Sequence record: OK018184
Source of the DNA: Shigella phage CT01
Strand: one strand, 5' to 3'
Length of the DNA stretch: 64,000 nucleotides
This document shows positions 11,226 through 22,181 of this stretch, piece by piece. Below the pieces are notes generated by a model. It made no database searches. It worked only from the letters and a program-made list of their open reading frames with translations, and was not told the DNA's origin. The first letter of the stretch is position 1. Each line of letters starts with the position of its first letter. A program made the translations under genes and the position numbers.

Positions 11226-12356
11226 TTATGGATAGGTATAGATGATACCAGTTTCTAAAGCAGTTTTATGAATGATGTATCCATTGCGCGATTCTTGAAC
11301 ATCAACTTCTGGATAGTCTTTCATCATCTTCTGAAGAGTGTAACGATGCAAGTAGTACTTACTATCTGGGTCGTCAGTTTTCCAATCTTTACCTTCTTCA
11401 GTCATTTTTTGGATTTCATCCATAACCCACCAACCACACCAGATGTAAGCTGAAGTGCGATGTGGAAGAGGATGAACATAAGGTAATTCACCTTCTGGTT
11501 CCGGAGCAACTTTATCAGTTACCTGAACTTGACCTTCTGCTGTAATAGTTTTGCTATCATAATCAGTAGCGGTAACAGTTGCAGTAACTTCAATAGTTTG
11601 ACTTCCAATAGATGATGTATCAACGGTGTATACATTAGTTGACCCTTCTACTGGAGAAGAATCTTTCTTCCATGAATATTCAATTTGCGCTTCTTCTGGA
11701 GCATCAGTGACATTAGCAGTAAATGTAGCTGAAGCATCTTGTTGAACGTTAATAGAAGGAGGAGTCAATGTAACCTGTGGATTCATTGTCTTCTTATTAA
11801 CTGTTAATGATACTTCATTAGAAGTAACTTCCTTTGCATCATAATCAGCCGCGGTTACTTGAGCTACACACTTAATTGTTTTAACTCCGCTTGCATCAGG
11901 AGTGTAATTGAATGTAGCAGAAGTTGCTTCGCTTACAGGAGAACCGTCAACGTACCATTGATACGTAGCAGATGCACCTGATGGCTGTGAAGCTAAGGCA
12001 GCGGTAAATTCAATTGGAGTTCCAATCACTCCAGCATCAGGGCTACCAGGAGTTACAGCTAAGGTAGTTGTCTGTGTCTTATTTTGAACTGTGATAGTTG
12101 TACTAATTTCAGCTGTTTCAACTTCAGCTTCTGGAACTGTATTTGTTGCAACGACTTTAATAGTCTTTTGACCGGCAGGTCCTTTTAATACATAATCAAA
12201 AGTTGCGGCTGATCCTTCTTGTGGAGCATTATCTACACTCCAAGCATAGGTAATAGTTCCACCTCCAGTTTCACCACTGGGTGTAGCAGTAAACTGCTGA
12301 GTCTGATCTATAACTCCAGTAGGTGTTTTAGGAGTTATATCAACTGTAAAAGCCAT
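11226..12356 (-). CDS. hoc: Highly immunogenic outer capsid protein Hoc
   Basis: 376 aa, T4 Hoc length; repeated Ig-like modules rich in T/V/S. Confidence 0.88.
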   Translation of the reverse strand: MAFTVDITPKTPTGVIDQTQQFTATPSGETGGGTITYAWSVDNAPQEGSAATFDYVLKGPAGQKTIKVVATNTVPEAEVETAEISTTITVQNKTQTTTLAVTPGSPDAGVIGTPIEFTAALASQPSGASATYQWYVDGSPVSEATSATFNYTPDASGVKTIKCVAQVTAADYDAKEVTSNEVSLTVNKKTMNPQVTLTPPSINVQQDASATFTANVTDAPEEAQIEYSWKKDSSPVEGSTNVYTVDTSSIGSQTIEVTATVTATDYDSKTITAEGQVQVTDKVAPEPEGELPYVHPLPHRTSAYIWCGWWVMDEIQKMTEEGKDWKTDDPDSKYYLHRYTLQKMMKDYPEVDVQESRNGYIIHKTALETGIIYTYP

Positions 12357-12365
12357 AAGTTATCC

Positions 12366-13046
12366 TTATTTTAATGTTACGAAAGAAGAATTACGTGTTT
12401 CACGAATTAGAACTGATCCGTCACGGTTAATGTAGTAAATTAAGCTAAACAGAGTTTGATGTGCCGACGCGTGTTCAAAACTAGTTGGGTGAGATTTCCA
12501 ATCCGGAGTTTCAGCAATCCATTGGTAAATCCACCAAGGAACAGTACAGAATCCTGGATTTTTTCCAATCAGCTGAAGATTCGGACTAAAGTTTTCCGGA
12601 AGAGTAAATACAGACGGCTTTTCAGATTCAATAATCTCAGCTACAGCCTGTTCGAATTTTTCTTCAACAAAAGGAGTATCTTCAATCAAAACATCGGTAT
12701 TTTCAGGAATTTTATCCATTTCTACTACTTCAATTTTAATGTCAGATTTAACCGGAGAATCAATCAGAAGTGCTGCTTCTGGATTGACTTCTTCATCGTC
12801 ATATTTTAATCCCTCTGCAGCATCAGCAGCATTAATTAAGTCTTTAATAGATAACCCATCAGTCTCTGGCATAGGTTCACTAGCGAGCTTCTGGAGAGCT
12901 TCTTCAATATCATTAACGATATTATCAAAAGATTTATTCTTTTTGACCTTTATACCAAACTGTTCAGCATATTCAGCTAATTTAGCTTTAGCTTCTTTAT
13001 TATCATCAAGAGCCTTCAGCTCTGCAATATAATCTTTATCTATCAT
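12366..13046 (-). CDS. inh: Inh, inhibitor of prohead protease
   Basis: 226 aa; synteny between hoc and uvsW. Confidence 0.75.
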   Translation of the reverse strand: MIDKDYIAELKALDDNKEAKAKLAEYAEQFGIKVKKNKSFDNIVNDIEEALQKLASEPMPETDGLSIKDLINAADAAEGLKYDDEEVNPEAALLIDSPVKSDIKIEVVEMDKIPENTDVLIEDTPFVEEKFEQAVAEIIESEKPSVFTLPENFSPNLQLIGKNPGFCTVPWWIYQWIAETPDWKSHPTSFEHASAHQTLFSLIYYINRDGSVLIRETRNSSFVTLK

Positions 13047-13096
13047 AATATTTCCTCAGTATAAATATAGATATATTTATTACATGGTATTTAGAC

Positions 13097-14608
13097 ATGA
13101 CTGACATTAAAGTACATTTTTATGATTTTAGTCACGTGAGAATTGATTGTGAAGAAAGTACATTTCATGAACTCCGTGATTTCTTTAGCTTTGAAGCTGA
13201 TGGGTATCGTTTTAATCCGAAGTACAAATATGGCCACTGGGATGGACGAATCCGTCTTTTAGATTATAATCGTCTTCTTCCATTCGGCTTAGTCGGACAA
13301 ATTAAAAAGTTCTGCGATAACTTTGGCTATAAAGCCTGGATTGACCCGCAAATTAACGAAAAAGAAGAATTATCAAGAAAAGATTTTGATGAATGGCTTT
13401 CTAAATTAGAAATCTATTCAGGAAATAAAAGAATTGAACCGCATTGGTATCAAAAAGATGCAGTGTTCGAAGGATTAGTTAATCGTCGTAGAATTCTTAA
13501 TCTACCAACATCCGCAGGTAAATCTTTAATTCAAGCTTTGCTTGCACGTTATTATTTGGAAAATTATGAAGGTAAAATTCTTATCATTGTTCCAACAACC
13601 GCTTTAACAACTCAGATGGCTGATGACTTTGTTGACTATCGTTTATTCAGTCATGCAATGATAAAGAAAATTGGCGGTGGAGCATCAAAAGATGATAAAT
13701 ATAAAAATGATGCACCAGTCGTTGTTGGTACATGGCAAACTGTAGTAAAACAACCGAAAGAATGGTTCTCACAGTTTGGAATGATGATGAATGATGAATG
13801 CCATCTTGCTACAGGAAAAAGTATTTCATCTATCATATCAGGTTTAAATAACTGCATGTTTAAATTCGGTCTATCAGGTTCATTACGTGATGGCAAAGCC
13901 AATATCATGCAGTATGTTGGAATGTTTGGTGAAATATTTAAGCCAGTAACGACTTCTAAATTAATGGAAGATGGACAAGTAACTGAGTTAAAAATTAATA
14001 GTATTTTTCTTCGCTATCCCGATGAGTTCACTACTAAATTAAAGGGAAAAACTTACCAAGAAGAAATAAAAATTATTACTGGGCTCAGTAAAAGAAATAA
14101 ATGGATCGCTAAATTAGCTATTAAGCTTGCGCAAAAAGATGAAAACGCTTTTGTCATGTTTAAACACGTATCACACGGTAAAGCTATTTTCGATTTAATT
14201 AAAAATGAATACGATAAAGTTTATTACGTATCAGGGGAAGTTGATACCGAAACACGCAACGTAATGAAAACCCTAGCTGAAAACGGTAAAGGAATAATTA
14301 TAGTAGCTAGTTATGGTGTATTTTCTACTGGTATTTCAGTTAAAAATCTGCATCACGTTATTTTAGCACACGGTGTTAAATCTAAAATTATTGTATTGCA
14401 AACAATAGGTCGCGTATTACGTAAGCATGGTTCTAAAACAATCGCAACAGTCTGGGACCTCATAGATGATTGCGGTGTTAAGCCAAAATCTGCTAATACG
14501 AAAAAGAAATACGTTCATTTGAACTATCTTTTAAAACACGGCATTGATCGTATTCAGCGCTACGCAGATGAAAAATTTAATTACGTAATGAAAACAGTTA
14601 ATTTATAA
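13097..14608 (+). CDS. uvsW: UvsW DNA/RNA helicase
   Basis: 503 aa; SF2 helicase motifs (Walker A PTSAGKS, DEAD-like MMNDECH); synteny. Confidence 0.9.
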   Translation: MTDIKVHFYDFSHVRIDCEESTFHELRDFFSFEADGYRFNPKYKYGHWDGRIRLLDYNRLLPFGLVGQIKKFCDNFGYKAWIDPQINEKEELSRKDFDEWLSKLEIYSGNKRIEPHWYQKDAVFEGLVNRRRILNLPTSAGKSLIQALLARYYLENYEGKILIIVPTTALTTQMADDFVDYRLFSHAMIKKIGGGASKDDKYKNDAPVVVGTWQTVVKQPKEWFSQFGMMMNDECHLATGKSISSIISGLNNCMFKFGLSGSLRDGKANIMQYVGMFGEIFKPVTTSKLMEDGQVTELKINSIFLRYPDEFTTKLKGKTYQEEIKIITGLSKRNKWIAKLAIKLAQKDENAFVMFKHVSHGKAIFDLIKNEYDKVYYVSGEVDTETRNVMKTLAENGKGIIIVASYGVFSTGISVKNLHHVILAHGVKSKIIVLQTIGRVLRKHGSKTIATVWDLIDDCGVKPKSANTKKKYVHLNYLLKHGIDRIQRYADEKFNYVMKTVNL

Positions 14609-14633
14609 GGGCTTCGGCCCTTTGGAGAAAAAG

Positions 14634-14864
14634 ATGTTACTAGAATTTAAACAATTTCTTTATGAAGCTTCTATTGATGAATTTATGGGTAAAATTGCCT
14701 CTTGTCAAACATTAGAAGGTCTAGAAGAACTTGAAGCTTATTATAAGAAAAGAGTTAAAGAAACTGAATTAAAAGATACTGATGACATCTCTGTGAGAGA
14801 TGCTTTGGCAGGAAAAAGAGCTGAATTAGAAGATTCAGACGATGAAGTAGAAGAAAGCTTTTAA
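14634..14864 (+). CDS. uvsW.1: UvsW.1 small acidic protein
   Basis: 76 aa from ATG at 14634 (MLLEFKQ...); ORF track extends 4 codons upstream. Confidence 0.75.
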   Translation: MLLEFKQFLYEASIDEFMGKIASCQTLEGLEELEAYYKKRVKETELKDTDDISVRDALAGKRAELEDSDDEVEESF

Positions 14865-14919
14865 ATTAAAAAAGGCCCAACCAAAAAGGAAGGGCCAAAA
14901 CTATAGACTAAAGGTCACA

Positions 14920-15087
14920 CTATAGCAAAAGTTGTGTTTCATTTAATTGTTCTTCCGAACTTTCTGAAACTGGTAGTTCTTTAATGTAATTATAACAAGG
15001 CCCAGGATGTACAGGACCTTTGTCTGTTTCAACAACCAATGCAGAATCGATTGGAGTTTTACAGACAACACAAATCTTATCTGACAT
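14920..15087 (-). CDS. uvsY.-2-like small zinc-ribbon protein (55 aa)
   Basis: Below ORF-track cutoff; ATG with GAGGAG Shine-Dalgarno; CxxC...PGPC motif; preceded by late promoters. Confidence 0.6.
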   Translation of the reverse strand: MSDKICVVCKTPIDSALVVETDKGPVHPGPCYNYIKELPVSESSEEQLNETQLLL

Positions 15088-15112
15088 GATTGTCTCCTCT
15101 AAATTATATATC

Positions 15113-15132
15113 TATTTATATATCTATTTATA
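15113..15132 (-). promoter_or_regulatory. Two tandem late promoters (TATAAATA x2 on minus strand) upstream of uvsY.-2 ORF
   Basis: Minus-strand TATAAATA at 15120-15113 and 15132-15125, inside a tandem 12-bp direct repeat. Confidence 0.55.
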
Positions 15133-15352
15133 TAACTCTCATATGCATATCAATGCCCATATCTTTGGAATAAAAATATTCATCAAGATATCCGGCAAAT
15201 TTTCCTTTAATATAAAGTACATCTTCACCGCATGGGTGGTCGGCCAGGATACGAATATCCTGACGCTTGAGATTATACTTTTTCATTAAGAATTGAATTT
15301 CCGTTTCGAATTCTTCTTCATAATTAAAAGCATCATCAATGCTATATTTCAT
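15128..15352 (-). CDS. Hypothetical protein (T4 uvsY.-1 position)
   Basis: 74 aa ORF overlapping uvsY stop. Confidence 0.65.
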   Translation of the reverse strand: MKYSIDDAFNYEEEFETEIQFLMKKYNLKRQDIRILADHPCGEDVLYIKGKFAGYLDEYFYSKDMGIDMHMRVI

Positions 15353-15765
15353 TATTTTCCAGCCTCAAATGCTCGCATGTCTTGAATATGCTTAATAGCA
15401 AATCCACGTGATTTAATAGCATCAAGAGCTCCGCTACAGAAATCCAATAAAATTCCCCAATATTGTAATGAAGTATCAACTTTTAAAACATCCTTATCAG
15501 CTGATAGAACTGTCTTCATTTCTGATTTCTCATAACGGTCCATACTAAATTCATCACCATCTCCTCGTCCCGAGTAGTAGTCTAATTTAGCTTTAAGAGC
15601 AACTTTTTTCTGCGCTTCAATTCTAAGCATTTCCTTTTTAATACTTGAATGCTTATTAAGCCATTTACTATATAACATCACATTATTAGCTGCTTCATAC
15701 TGTAATTTAGTCGAATCTATAAACACATCTTTCTTCAATTCTTCTTGAAGATCTTCTAATTTCAT
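15352..15765 (-). CDS. uvsY: UvsY recombination mediator
   Basis: 137 aa, T4 UvsY length; synteny. Confidence 0.88.
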   Translation of the reverse strand: MKLEDLQEELKKDVFIDSTKLQYEAANNVMLYSKWLNKHSSIKKEMLRIEAQKKVALKAKLDYYSGRGDGDEFSMDRYEKSEMKTVLSADKDVLKVDTSLQYWGILLDFCSGALDAIKSRGFAIKHIQDMRAFEAGK

Positions 15766-15831
15766 ATTGTTCTCTATTCAATTGTTATTGGATGGACTTA
15801 GATTCATTATACCACGTTTATACGTGAAGCA

Positions 15832-16230
15832 TTATACTCTATTACTGGAAGCCAGTTGCAGTTTTATCTGCTCAATATCATCAGGGTTATCGATGACCGA
15901 AAAGCGTATTTCTACTATAAGAGTATAATCATCATAAACCGGTATTACATTAACTGCTAATTTATCAATACGTGGCTCGTAGTTTCTTACTGCGCTTTCG
16001 ATGTTACGCTCAACTGTATCAGCAGTAAGAGGAGTCATATTCTCAAAAAGTTGATCAGATAAATCGCATCCAAATTCTGGGTCAAACGGTCTCGACCCTT
16101 TTCTGGTTGTGATAATTCCCAAAAGGCTATTTTTAATTGACCTTAATCCAAGAGATCTAGAAACATCTTTGTCCCAATCCATTTTCATTTCTGGGTCAAT
16201 GTCAGAATAAAGCTTATTAATATTTGCCAT
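15832..16230 (-). CDS. 25: Baseplate wedge protein gp25
   Basis: 132 aa, T4 gp25 length; synteny. Confidence 0.9.
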   Translation of the reverse strand: MANINKLYSDIDPEMKMDWDKDVSRSLGLRSIKNSLLGIITTRKGSRPFDPEFGCDLSDQLFENMTPLTADTVERNIESAVRNYEPRIDKLAVNVIPVYDDYTLIVEIRFSVIDNPDDIEQIKLQLASSNRV

Positions 16231-16856
16231 TACAATAGCTCAAAGAATTCTTTGAGTCCTCTTATTACATGAGCGTGAGATTTTCCACACTCTGGACACT
16301 TAATTGGAACAGCCAAATAAACAGTAGGCTTTAAAAGCATATCTTTTATAGCTACAATATCTGACTCTGTGATGATAGAATATAAATCTTCCAACTCTTT
16401 TTCATTTAAGTCTTCAACTGGAATGCTTTCACCGTTAGCATGAATCGTTTCTATACATGATACTATCATGTGGGCTATATTTTTATCATCAAAAATTTTA
16501 GGGTAATGGAACTTAATTTTAATGTCACCCAGTGTATACCAGAGGTCTTCTGGTGCATCTATTTGTGTATGTAATAGATTTATATGGGTTGGTATTTCAG
16601 TTCCACAGGTGCACTTCCAGGAGTTTTCGTGATTAACTTCTCCAAGAGAATGTGCCCATAAATGAATCAATAGTAGTTCTGATTCTTGGCGGTTTAAATC
16701 TTTTGCATTTGTGCATTCTTTGATTAGCTTTTTAACGATCTCTTCTACTGAACCGTTCTTTTTAGCAGTAATAAGTTCTAGATATTCTTTAAGAGTAAAT
16801 GCGCGACAGTTGATTATTTTAGAACCAACTCTCACATCAAATTTGTATTCATACAT
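16230..16856 (-). CDS. 26: Baseplate hub protein gp26
   Basis: 208 aa; synteny. Confidence 0.85.
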   Translation of the reverse strand: MYEYKFDVRVGSKIINCRAFTLKEYLELITAKKNGSVEEIVKKLIKECTNAKDLNRQESELLLIHLWAHSLGEVNHENSWKCTCGTEIPTHINLLHTQIDAPEDLWYTLGDIKIKFHYPKIFDDKNIAHMIVSCIETIHANGESIPVEDLNEKELEDLYSIITESDIVAIKDMLLKPTVYLAVPIKCPECGKSHAHVIRGLKEFFELL

Positions 16857-16881
16857 ATTTAGCTCCTTTATTTATCATATT

Positions 16882-16889
16882 TATAAATA
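16882..16889 (+). promoter_or_regulatory. Late promoter (TATAAATA) for gene 51
   Basis: Exact TATAAATA 18 nt upstream of gene 51 ATG in the divergent 26/51 intergenic region. Confidence 0.6.
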
Positions 16890-16906
16890 GAATAAAAGGA
16901 GCATCT

Positions 16907-17656
16907 ATGGCAAACATTATTCGTTGTAAATTACCAGATGGTGTTCATCGTTTTAAACCATTTACGGTAGAAGATTATCGAGATTTTTTGTTAGTTCGAA
17001 ACGATATAGAACATCGGTCACCACAAGAACAAAAAGAAATAATTGCTGATTTAATTGCTGATTATTTTGGAGACTATCCGAAGACTTGGCAACCATTTAT
17101 ATTTTTGCAGGTATTTGTAGGGTCAATAGGTAAAACTAAAGTACCGGTCACATTTGTATGTCCAAAATGTAAAAAAGAAAAGACAGTTCCATTTGAAATA
17201 TATCAAAAAGAATTAAAGGAACCTGTTTTTGATGTAGCTAATGTTAAAATTAAATTAAAGTTTCCTTCTGAGTTTTATGAAAATAAAGCAAAGATGATTA
17301 CTGAAAATATTCATTCTGTTCAAGTAGATGAAACATGGTATGATTGGAAGGAAATTAGTGAATCAAGCCAAATAGAACTTGTTGATGCCATCGAGATAGA
17401 AACATTAGAAAAAATTCTCGATGCAATGAATCCTATTAATTTAACGCTACATATGTCCTGCTGTGATAAGTATGTAAAAAAATACACTGATATAGTAGAT
17501 GTGTTTAAGCTATTAGTTAACCCAGATGAGATATTTACTTTTTATCAAATTAATCACACACTCGTAAAAAGTAATTATAGCTTAAATTCAATAATGAAAA
17601 TGATTCCTGCTGAGCGCGGATTCGTATTAAAACTGATTGAGAAGGATAAACAATAA
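16907..17656 (+). CDS. 51: Baseplate hub assembly protein gp51
   Basis: 249 aa; synteny. Confidence 0.85.
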   Translation: MANIIRCKLPDGVHRFKPFTVEDYRDFLLVRNDIEHRSPQEQKEIIADLIADYFGDYPKTWQPFIFLQVFVGSIGKTKVPVTFVCPKCKKEKTVPFEIYQKELKEPVFDVANVKIKLKFPSEFYENKAKMITENIHSVQVDETWYDWKEISESSQIELVDAIEIETLEKILDAMNPINLTLHMSCCDKYVKKYTDIVDVFKLLVNPDEIFTFYQINHTLVKSNYSLNSIMKMIPAERGFVLKLIEKDKQ

Positions 17657-18831
17657 TGAGTATGTTGCAACGCCCTGGATATCCAAATCTCAGCGTTAAA
17701 TTATTTGATAGCTACGACGCTTGGAGTAATAATAGATTTGTTGAATTAGCTGCTACTATTACCACATTAACTATGCGGGATTCTCTTTATGGCCGAAATG
17801 AAGGAATGCTGCAGTTTTATGATTCTAAAAACATCCATACAAAAATGGATGGAAATGAAATAATTCAGATTTCTGTAGCTAATGCAAACGATATTAATAA
17901 TGTTAAAACAAGAATTTATGGATGTAAGCATTTTTCTGTGTCAGTAGATTCAAAGGGTGATAACATCATTGCTATTGAATTGGGAACTATTCATTCTATA
18001 GAAAATCTTAAATTTGGCAGACCGTTTTTCCCTGATGCAGGTGAATCTATAAAGGAAATGCTTGGCGTCATTTATCAAGACCGCACATTATTAACTCCAG
18101 CAATAAATGCTATAAATGCTTATGTTCCTGATATTCCGTGGACTAGTACATTTGAAAACTATTTGTCATATGTCAGAGAAGTTGCTCTAGCTGTAGGAAG
18201 TGACAAATTTGTATTTGTATGGCAAGACATCATGGGAGTTAACATGATGGACTATGATATGATGATAAATCAAGAACCGTATCCAATGATTGTCGGTGAG
18301 CCATCTTTAATAGGTCAATTCATCCAAGAATTAAAATATCCATTGGCATATGATTTCGTTTGGTTGACTAAATCGAATCCTCACAAACGTGACCCAATGA
18401 AAAACGCTACTATCTATGCTCATTCATTTTTAGATTCTTCATTGCCAATGATTACTACAGGAAAGGGCGAAAACTCTATTGTAGTGTCAAGGTCAGGTGC
18501 TTATTCTGAAATGACTTATAGGAATGGATATGAAGAAGCTATTCGTCTTCAAACTATGGCGCAATACGATGGCTATGCTAAATGTTCTACTGTCGGTAAT
18601 TTTAACTTGACACCTGGCGTTAAAATTATTTTTAATGATAGTAAAAACCAATTTAAAACAGAATTTTACGTTGATGAAGTCATCCATGAATTATCCAATA
18701 ATAATTCAGTAACTCATCTATATATGTTCACTAATGCAACGAAACTGGAAACAATAGACCCAGTTAAGGTTAAAAATGAATTTAAATCTGATACTACCAC
18801 TGAAGAAAGTAGTTCTTCCAATAAGCAATAA
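17656..18831 (+). CDS. 27: Baseplate hub protein gp27
   Basis: 391 aa, T4 gp27 length. Confidence 0.9.
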   Translation: MSMLQRPGYPNLSVKLFDSYDAWSNNRFVELAATITTLTMRDSLYGRNEGMLQFYDSKNIHTKMDGNEIIQISVANANDINNVKTRIYGCKHFSVSVDSKGDNIIAIELGTIHSIENLKFGRPFFPDAGESIKEMLGVIYQDRTLLTPAINAINAYVPDIPWTSTFENYLSYVREVALAVGSDKFVFVWQDIMGVNMMDYDMMINQEPYPMIVGEPSLIGQFIQELKYPLAYDFVWLTKSNPHKRDPMKNATIYAHSFLDSSLPMITTGKGENSIVVSRSGAYSEMTYRNGYEEAIRLQTMAQYDGYAKCSTVGNFNLTPGVKIIFNDSKNQFKTEFYVDEVIHELSNNNSVTHLYMFTNATKLETIDPVKVKNEFKSDTTTEESSSSNKQ

Positions 18832-19309
18832 AGAAGTTTCTATTCCTAAAATGGGTCTTAAACATTATAACATTTTAAAAGATGTTAAAGGTCCTGATGA
18901 AAATTTAAAACTTCTTATTGATTCTATTTGTCCGAATTTATCACCGGCAGAAGTTGATTTCGTTTCTATTCATTTATTGGAATTTAATGGAAAGATTAAA
19001 TCTCGTAAAGAAATAGATGGTTATACTTATGACATTAATGATGTTTATGTATGCCAAAGATTGGAATTTCAATACCAAGGAAATACATTTTATTTTAGAC
19101 CGCCTGGAAAATTTGAACAATTTTTAACTGTGAGCGATATGTTATCCAAATGCTTGCTTAAGGTCAATGATGAAGTTAAAGAAATTAATTTTCTTGAGAT
19201 GCCAGCATTCGTTTTAAAATGGGCAAATGATATTTTTACAACTTTAGCAATTCCTGGCCCTAATGGTCCAATAACCGGAATTGGCAATATTATTGGATTA
19301 TTTGAATGA
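18776..19309 (+). CDS. 28: Baseplate hub distal protein gp28
   Basis: 177 aa, overlaps gp27 3' end out of frame. Confidence 0.8.
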   Translation: MNLNLILPLKKVVLPISNKEVSIPKMGLKHYNILKDVKGPDENLKLLIDSICPNLSPAEVDFVSIHLLEFNGKIKSRKEIDGYTYDINDVYVCQRLEFQYQGNTFYFRPPGKFEQFLTVSDMLSKCLLKVNDEVKEINFLEMPAFVLKWANDIFTTLAIPGPNGPITGIGNIIGLFE

Positions 19310-21078
19310 AAAAGCCACAAGAAATGCAAACGATGCGTAGAAAAGTTATTTCAGATAATAAACCAACACAGGAAGCGGCTAAATCCGCTTCCAACACTTT
19401 ATCTGGACTTAATGATATATCTACGAAATTGGATGATGCTCAAGCTGCTTCTGAATTAATTGCTCAAACTGTCGAAGAAAAATCGAATGAAATAGTTGGA
19501 GCAATTGATAATGTAGAAAGCGCAGTGAGTGATACTACTGCTGGTTCTGAGTTAATTGCTGAAACTGTCGAAATTGGCAACAATATTAATAAAGAAATCG
19601 GTGAATCACTCGGGAGCAAATTAGATAAATTAACAAGTTTACTAGAGCAAAAAATTCAGACAGCCGGAATTCAACAAACAGGAACTAGTTTAGCTACGGT
19701 TGAAAGCGCTATTCCTGTTAAAGTTGTTGAGGACGATACAGCTGAATCTGTGGGTCCTTTATTACCGGCTCCTGAAGCAGTTAATAATGATCCTGATGCT
19801 GATTTTTTCCCTACCCCTCAGCCAGTTGAACCCAAACAAGAATCGCCAGAAGAAAAACAGAAAAAAGACGCATTTAACTTAAAATTATCTCAAGCTTTAG
19901 ATAAATTAACAAAGACTGTTGATTTTGGATTTAAGAAATCCATTTCAATTACTGATAAAATATCAAGCATGTTATTTAAGTACACCGTTAGTGCTGCTAT
20001 TGAAGCTGCTAAAATGACTGCAATGATATTGGCTGTTGTTGTTGGAATAGACCTGTTGATGGTTCATTTTAAATATTGGTCAGATAAATTTTCACAGGCT
20101 TGGGATTTGTTTAGTACAGACTTTACTAAATTCTCTAGCGAAACCGGAACATGGGGTCCTTTATTACAGAGCATCTTTAGTTCTATTGATGAAATTAAAA
20201 AATTCTGGGAAGCGGGAGATTGGGGCGGTTTGACTGTAGCTATTGTAGAAGGGCTTGGAAAGGTTCTTTATAATTTAGGAGAACTTATTCAGCTTGGAAT
20301 GGCTAAATTATCTGCGGCAATTCTTCGAGTTATTCCTGGTATGAAGGATACCGCTGATGAAGTGGAAGGAAGAGCGCTAGAAAATTTCCAAAATTCTACT
20401 GGAGCATCTCTCAATAAAGAAGACCAGGAAAAAGTTGCAAATTATCAAGATAAACGAATGAATGGAGACCTTGGTCCGATAGCAAAAGGATTAGATAAAA
20501 TTGCTAATTGGAAAACTCGTGCATCTAACTGGATTCGTGGCGTTGATAATAAAGAAGCACTAACTACCGACGAAGAACGTGCAGCAGAAGAAGAAAAATT
20601 AAAGCAACTTTCACCTGAAGAAAGAAAAAATGCTTTAATGAAGGCTAATGAAGCGCGCGCCGCGATGATTCGCTTTGAAAAATATGCTGATTCAGCTGAT
20701 ATGAGTAAAGACTCAACAGTTAAATCAGTTGAAGCTGCCTATGAAGACCTCAAAAAACGGATGGATGACCCAGATTTAAATAATTCACCGGCAGTTAAAA
20801 AAGAACTTGCTGCTAGATTTTCTAAAATTGATGCTACTTATCAAGAGCTCAAGAAAAATCAGCCTAATGCCAAACCTGAAACTTCTGCTAAATCGCCAGA
20901 AGCAAAACAAGTCCAGGTAATAGAAAAGAACAAAGCACAGCAAGCTCCTGTTCAACAAGCATCTCCTTCAATCAATAATACTAATAATGTTATTAAGAAA
21001 AATACTGTCGTTCATAATATGACACCTGTTACGAGTACAACTGCTCCCGGTGTATTTGACGCGACAGGAGTTAATTAA
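19306..21078 (+). CDS. 29: Tail tube length (tape measure) protein gp29
   Basis: 590 aa, T4 gp29 length. Confidence 0.88.
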   Translation: MKKPQEMQTMRRKVISDNKPTQEAAKSASNTLSGLNDISTKLDDAQAASELIAQTVEEKSNEIVGAIDNVESAVSDTTAGSELIAETVEIGNNINKEIGESLGSKLDKLTSLLEQKIQTAGIQQTGTSLATVESAIPVKVVEDDTAESVGPLLPAPEAVNNDPDADFFPTPQPVEPKQESPEEKQKKDAFNLKLSQALDKLTKTVDFGFKKSISITDKISSMLFKYTVSAAIEAAKMTAMILAVVVGIDLLMVHFKYWSDKFSQAWDLFSTDFTKFSSETGTWGPLLQSIFSSIDEIKKFWEAGDWGGLTVAIVEGLGKVLYNLGELIQLGMAKLSAAILRVIPGMKDTADEVEGRALENFQNSTGASLNKEDQEKVANYQDKRMNGDLGPIAKGLDKIANWKTRASNWIRGVDNKEALTTDEERAAEEEKLKQLSPEERKNALMKANEARAAMIRFEKYADSADMSKDSTVKSVEAAYEDLKKRMDDPDLNNSPAVKKELAARFSKIDATYQELKKNQPNAKPETSAKSPEAKQVQVIEKNKAQQAPVQQASPSINNTNNVIKKNTVVHNMTPVTSTTAPGVFDATGVN

Positions 21079-21086
21079 GGAATAAT

Positions 21087-22181
21087 ATGGCAATTGTTAA
21101 AGAAATAACTGCTGATTTAATTAAAAAGTCCGGTGAGAAAATTTCAGCCGGACAGAGTACTAAATCAGAAGTAGCAACTAAAACATACACTGCCCAGTTT
21201 CCAACTGGGCGTGCTAGTGGTAATGACACTACAGGAGACTTCCAGGTAACAGATCTATATAAGAATGGATTATTATTTACTGCATACAATATGTCATCTA
21301 GGGATTCTGGAAGTCTTAGATCGATGAGATCTAACTACTCTTCTTCATCTTCGAGTATTTTACGTACAGCCAGAAACACTATCAGTAATACAGTATCAAA
21401 ACTGTCAAATGGATTAATATCAGATAATAATTCAGGAACAATAAGTAAAGCTCCTGTCGCAAACATTCTTTTACCGAGATCTAAATCTGACGTTGATACA
21501 TCATCACATAGATTTAATGATGTTCAAGAAAGTCTTATCAGTAGAGGCGGAGGAACTGCTACTGGTGTGCTAAGTAATATTGCTTCAACTGCAGTATTTG
21601 GGGCACTGGAAAGTATAACACAAGGTATAATGGCTGATAATAATGAACAGATTTATACGACAGCCAGAAGTATGTATGGTGGCGCTGAAAATAGAACTAA
21701 AGTGTTTACATGGGATTTGACTCCACGTTCCACAGAAGATTTAATGGCTATTATTAATATCTATCAATATTTTAACTATTTTTCTTATGGTGAAACTGGC
21801 AAATCTCAATATGCTGCTGAAATAAAGGGGTATTTAGATGATTGGTATCGTTCTACGTTAATTGAACCTTTATCTCCGGAAGACGCAGCTAAAAATAAAA
21901 CACTATTTGAGAAAATGACATCGAGTTTAACTAACGTTCTAGTAGTTTCAAACCCGACAATTTGGATGGTGAAAAACTTTGGTGCAACATCTAAGTTTGA
22001 TGGAAAAACTGAAATATTTGGTCCATGCCAAATACAGAGCATCAGATTTGATAAAACACCTAATGGTAACTTTAACGGATTAGCTATTGCTCCAAACCTC
22101 CCTAGTACATTTACTCTCGAGATTACTATGAGAGAAATTATCACGTTAAACCGTGCTTCTTTATATGCGGGGACTTTTTAA
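21087..22181 (+). CDS. 48: Baseplate tail-tube junction protein gp48
   Basis: 364 aa, T4 gp48 length. Confidence 0.88.
   Translation: MAIVKEITADLIKKSGEKISAGQSTKSEVATKTYTAQFPTGRASGNDTTGDFQVTDLYKNGLLFTAYNMSSRDSGSLRSMRSNYSSSSSSILRTARNTISNTVSKLSNGLISDNNSGTISKAPVANILLPRSKSDVDTSSHRFNDVQESLISRGGGTATGVLSNIASTAVFGALESITQGIMADNNEQIYTTARSMYGGAENRTKVFTWDLTPRSTEDLMAIINIYQYFNYFSYGETGKSQYAAEIKGYLDDWYRSTLIEPLSPEDAAKNKTLFEKMTSSLTNVLVVSNPTIWMVKNFGATSKFDGKTEIFGPCQIQSIRFDKTPNGNFNGLAIAPNLPSTFTLEITMREIITLNRASLYAGTF

Noticed and set aside
12456-13032. Plus-strand ORFs of 117 and 97 aa
   Set aside because: Antisense to inh and with low-complexity composition; inh on the minus strand fits synteny.
15020-15289. 89-aa plus-strand ORF
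   Set aside because: Spans the uvsY.-2 start, the promoter repeat and uvsY.-1 on the opposite strand; contains the promoter repeats translated as YIYLYIYLY; spurious.
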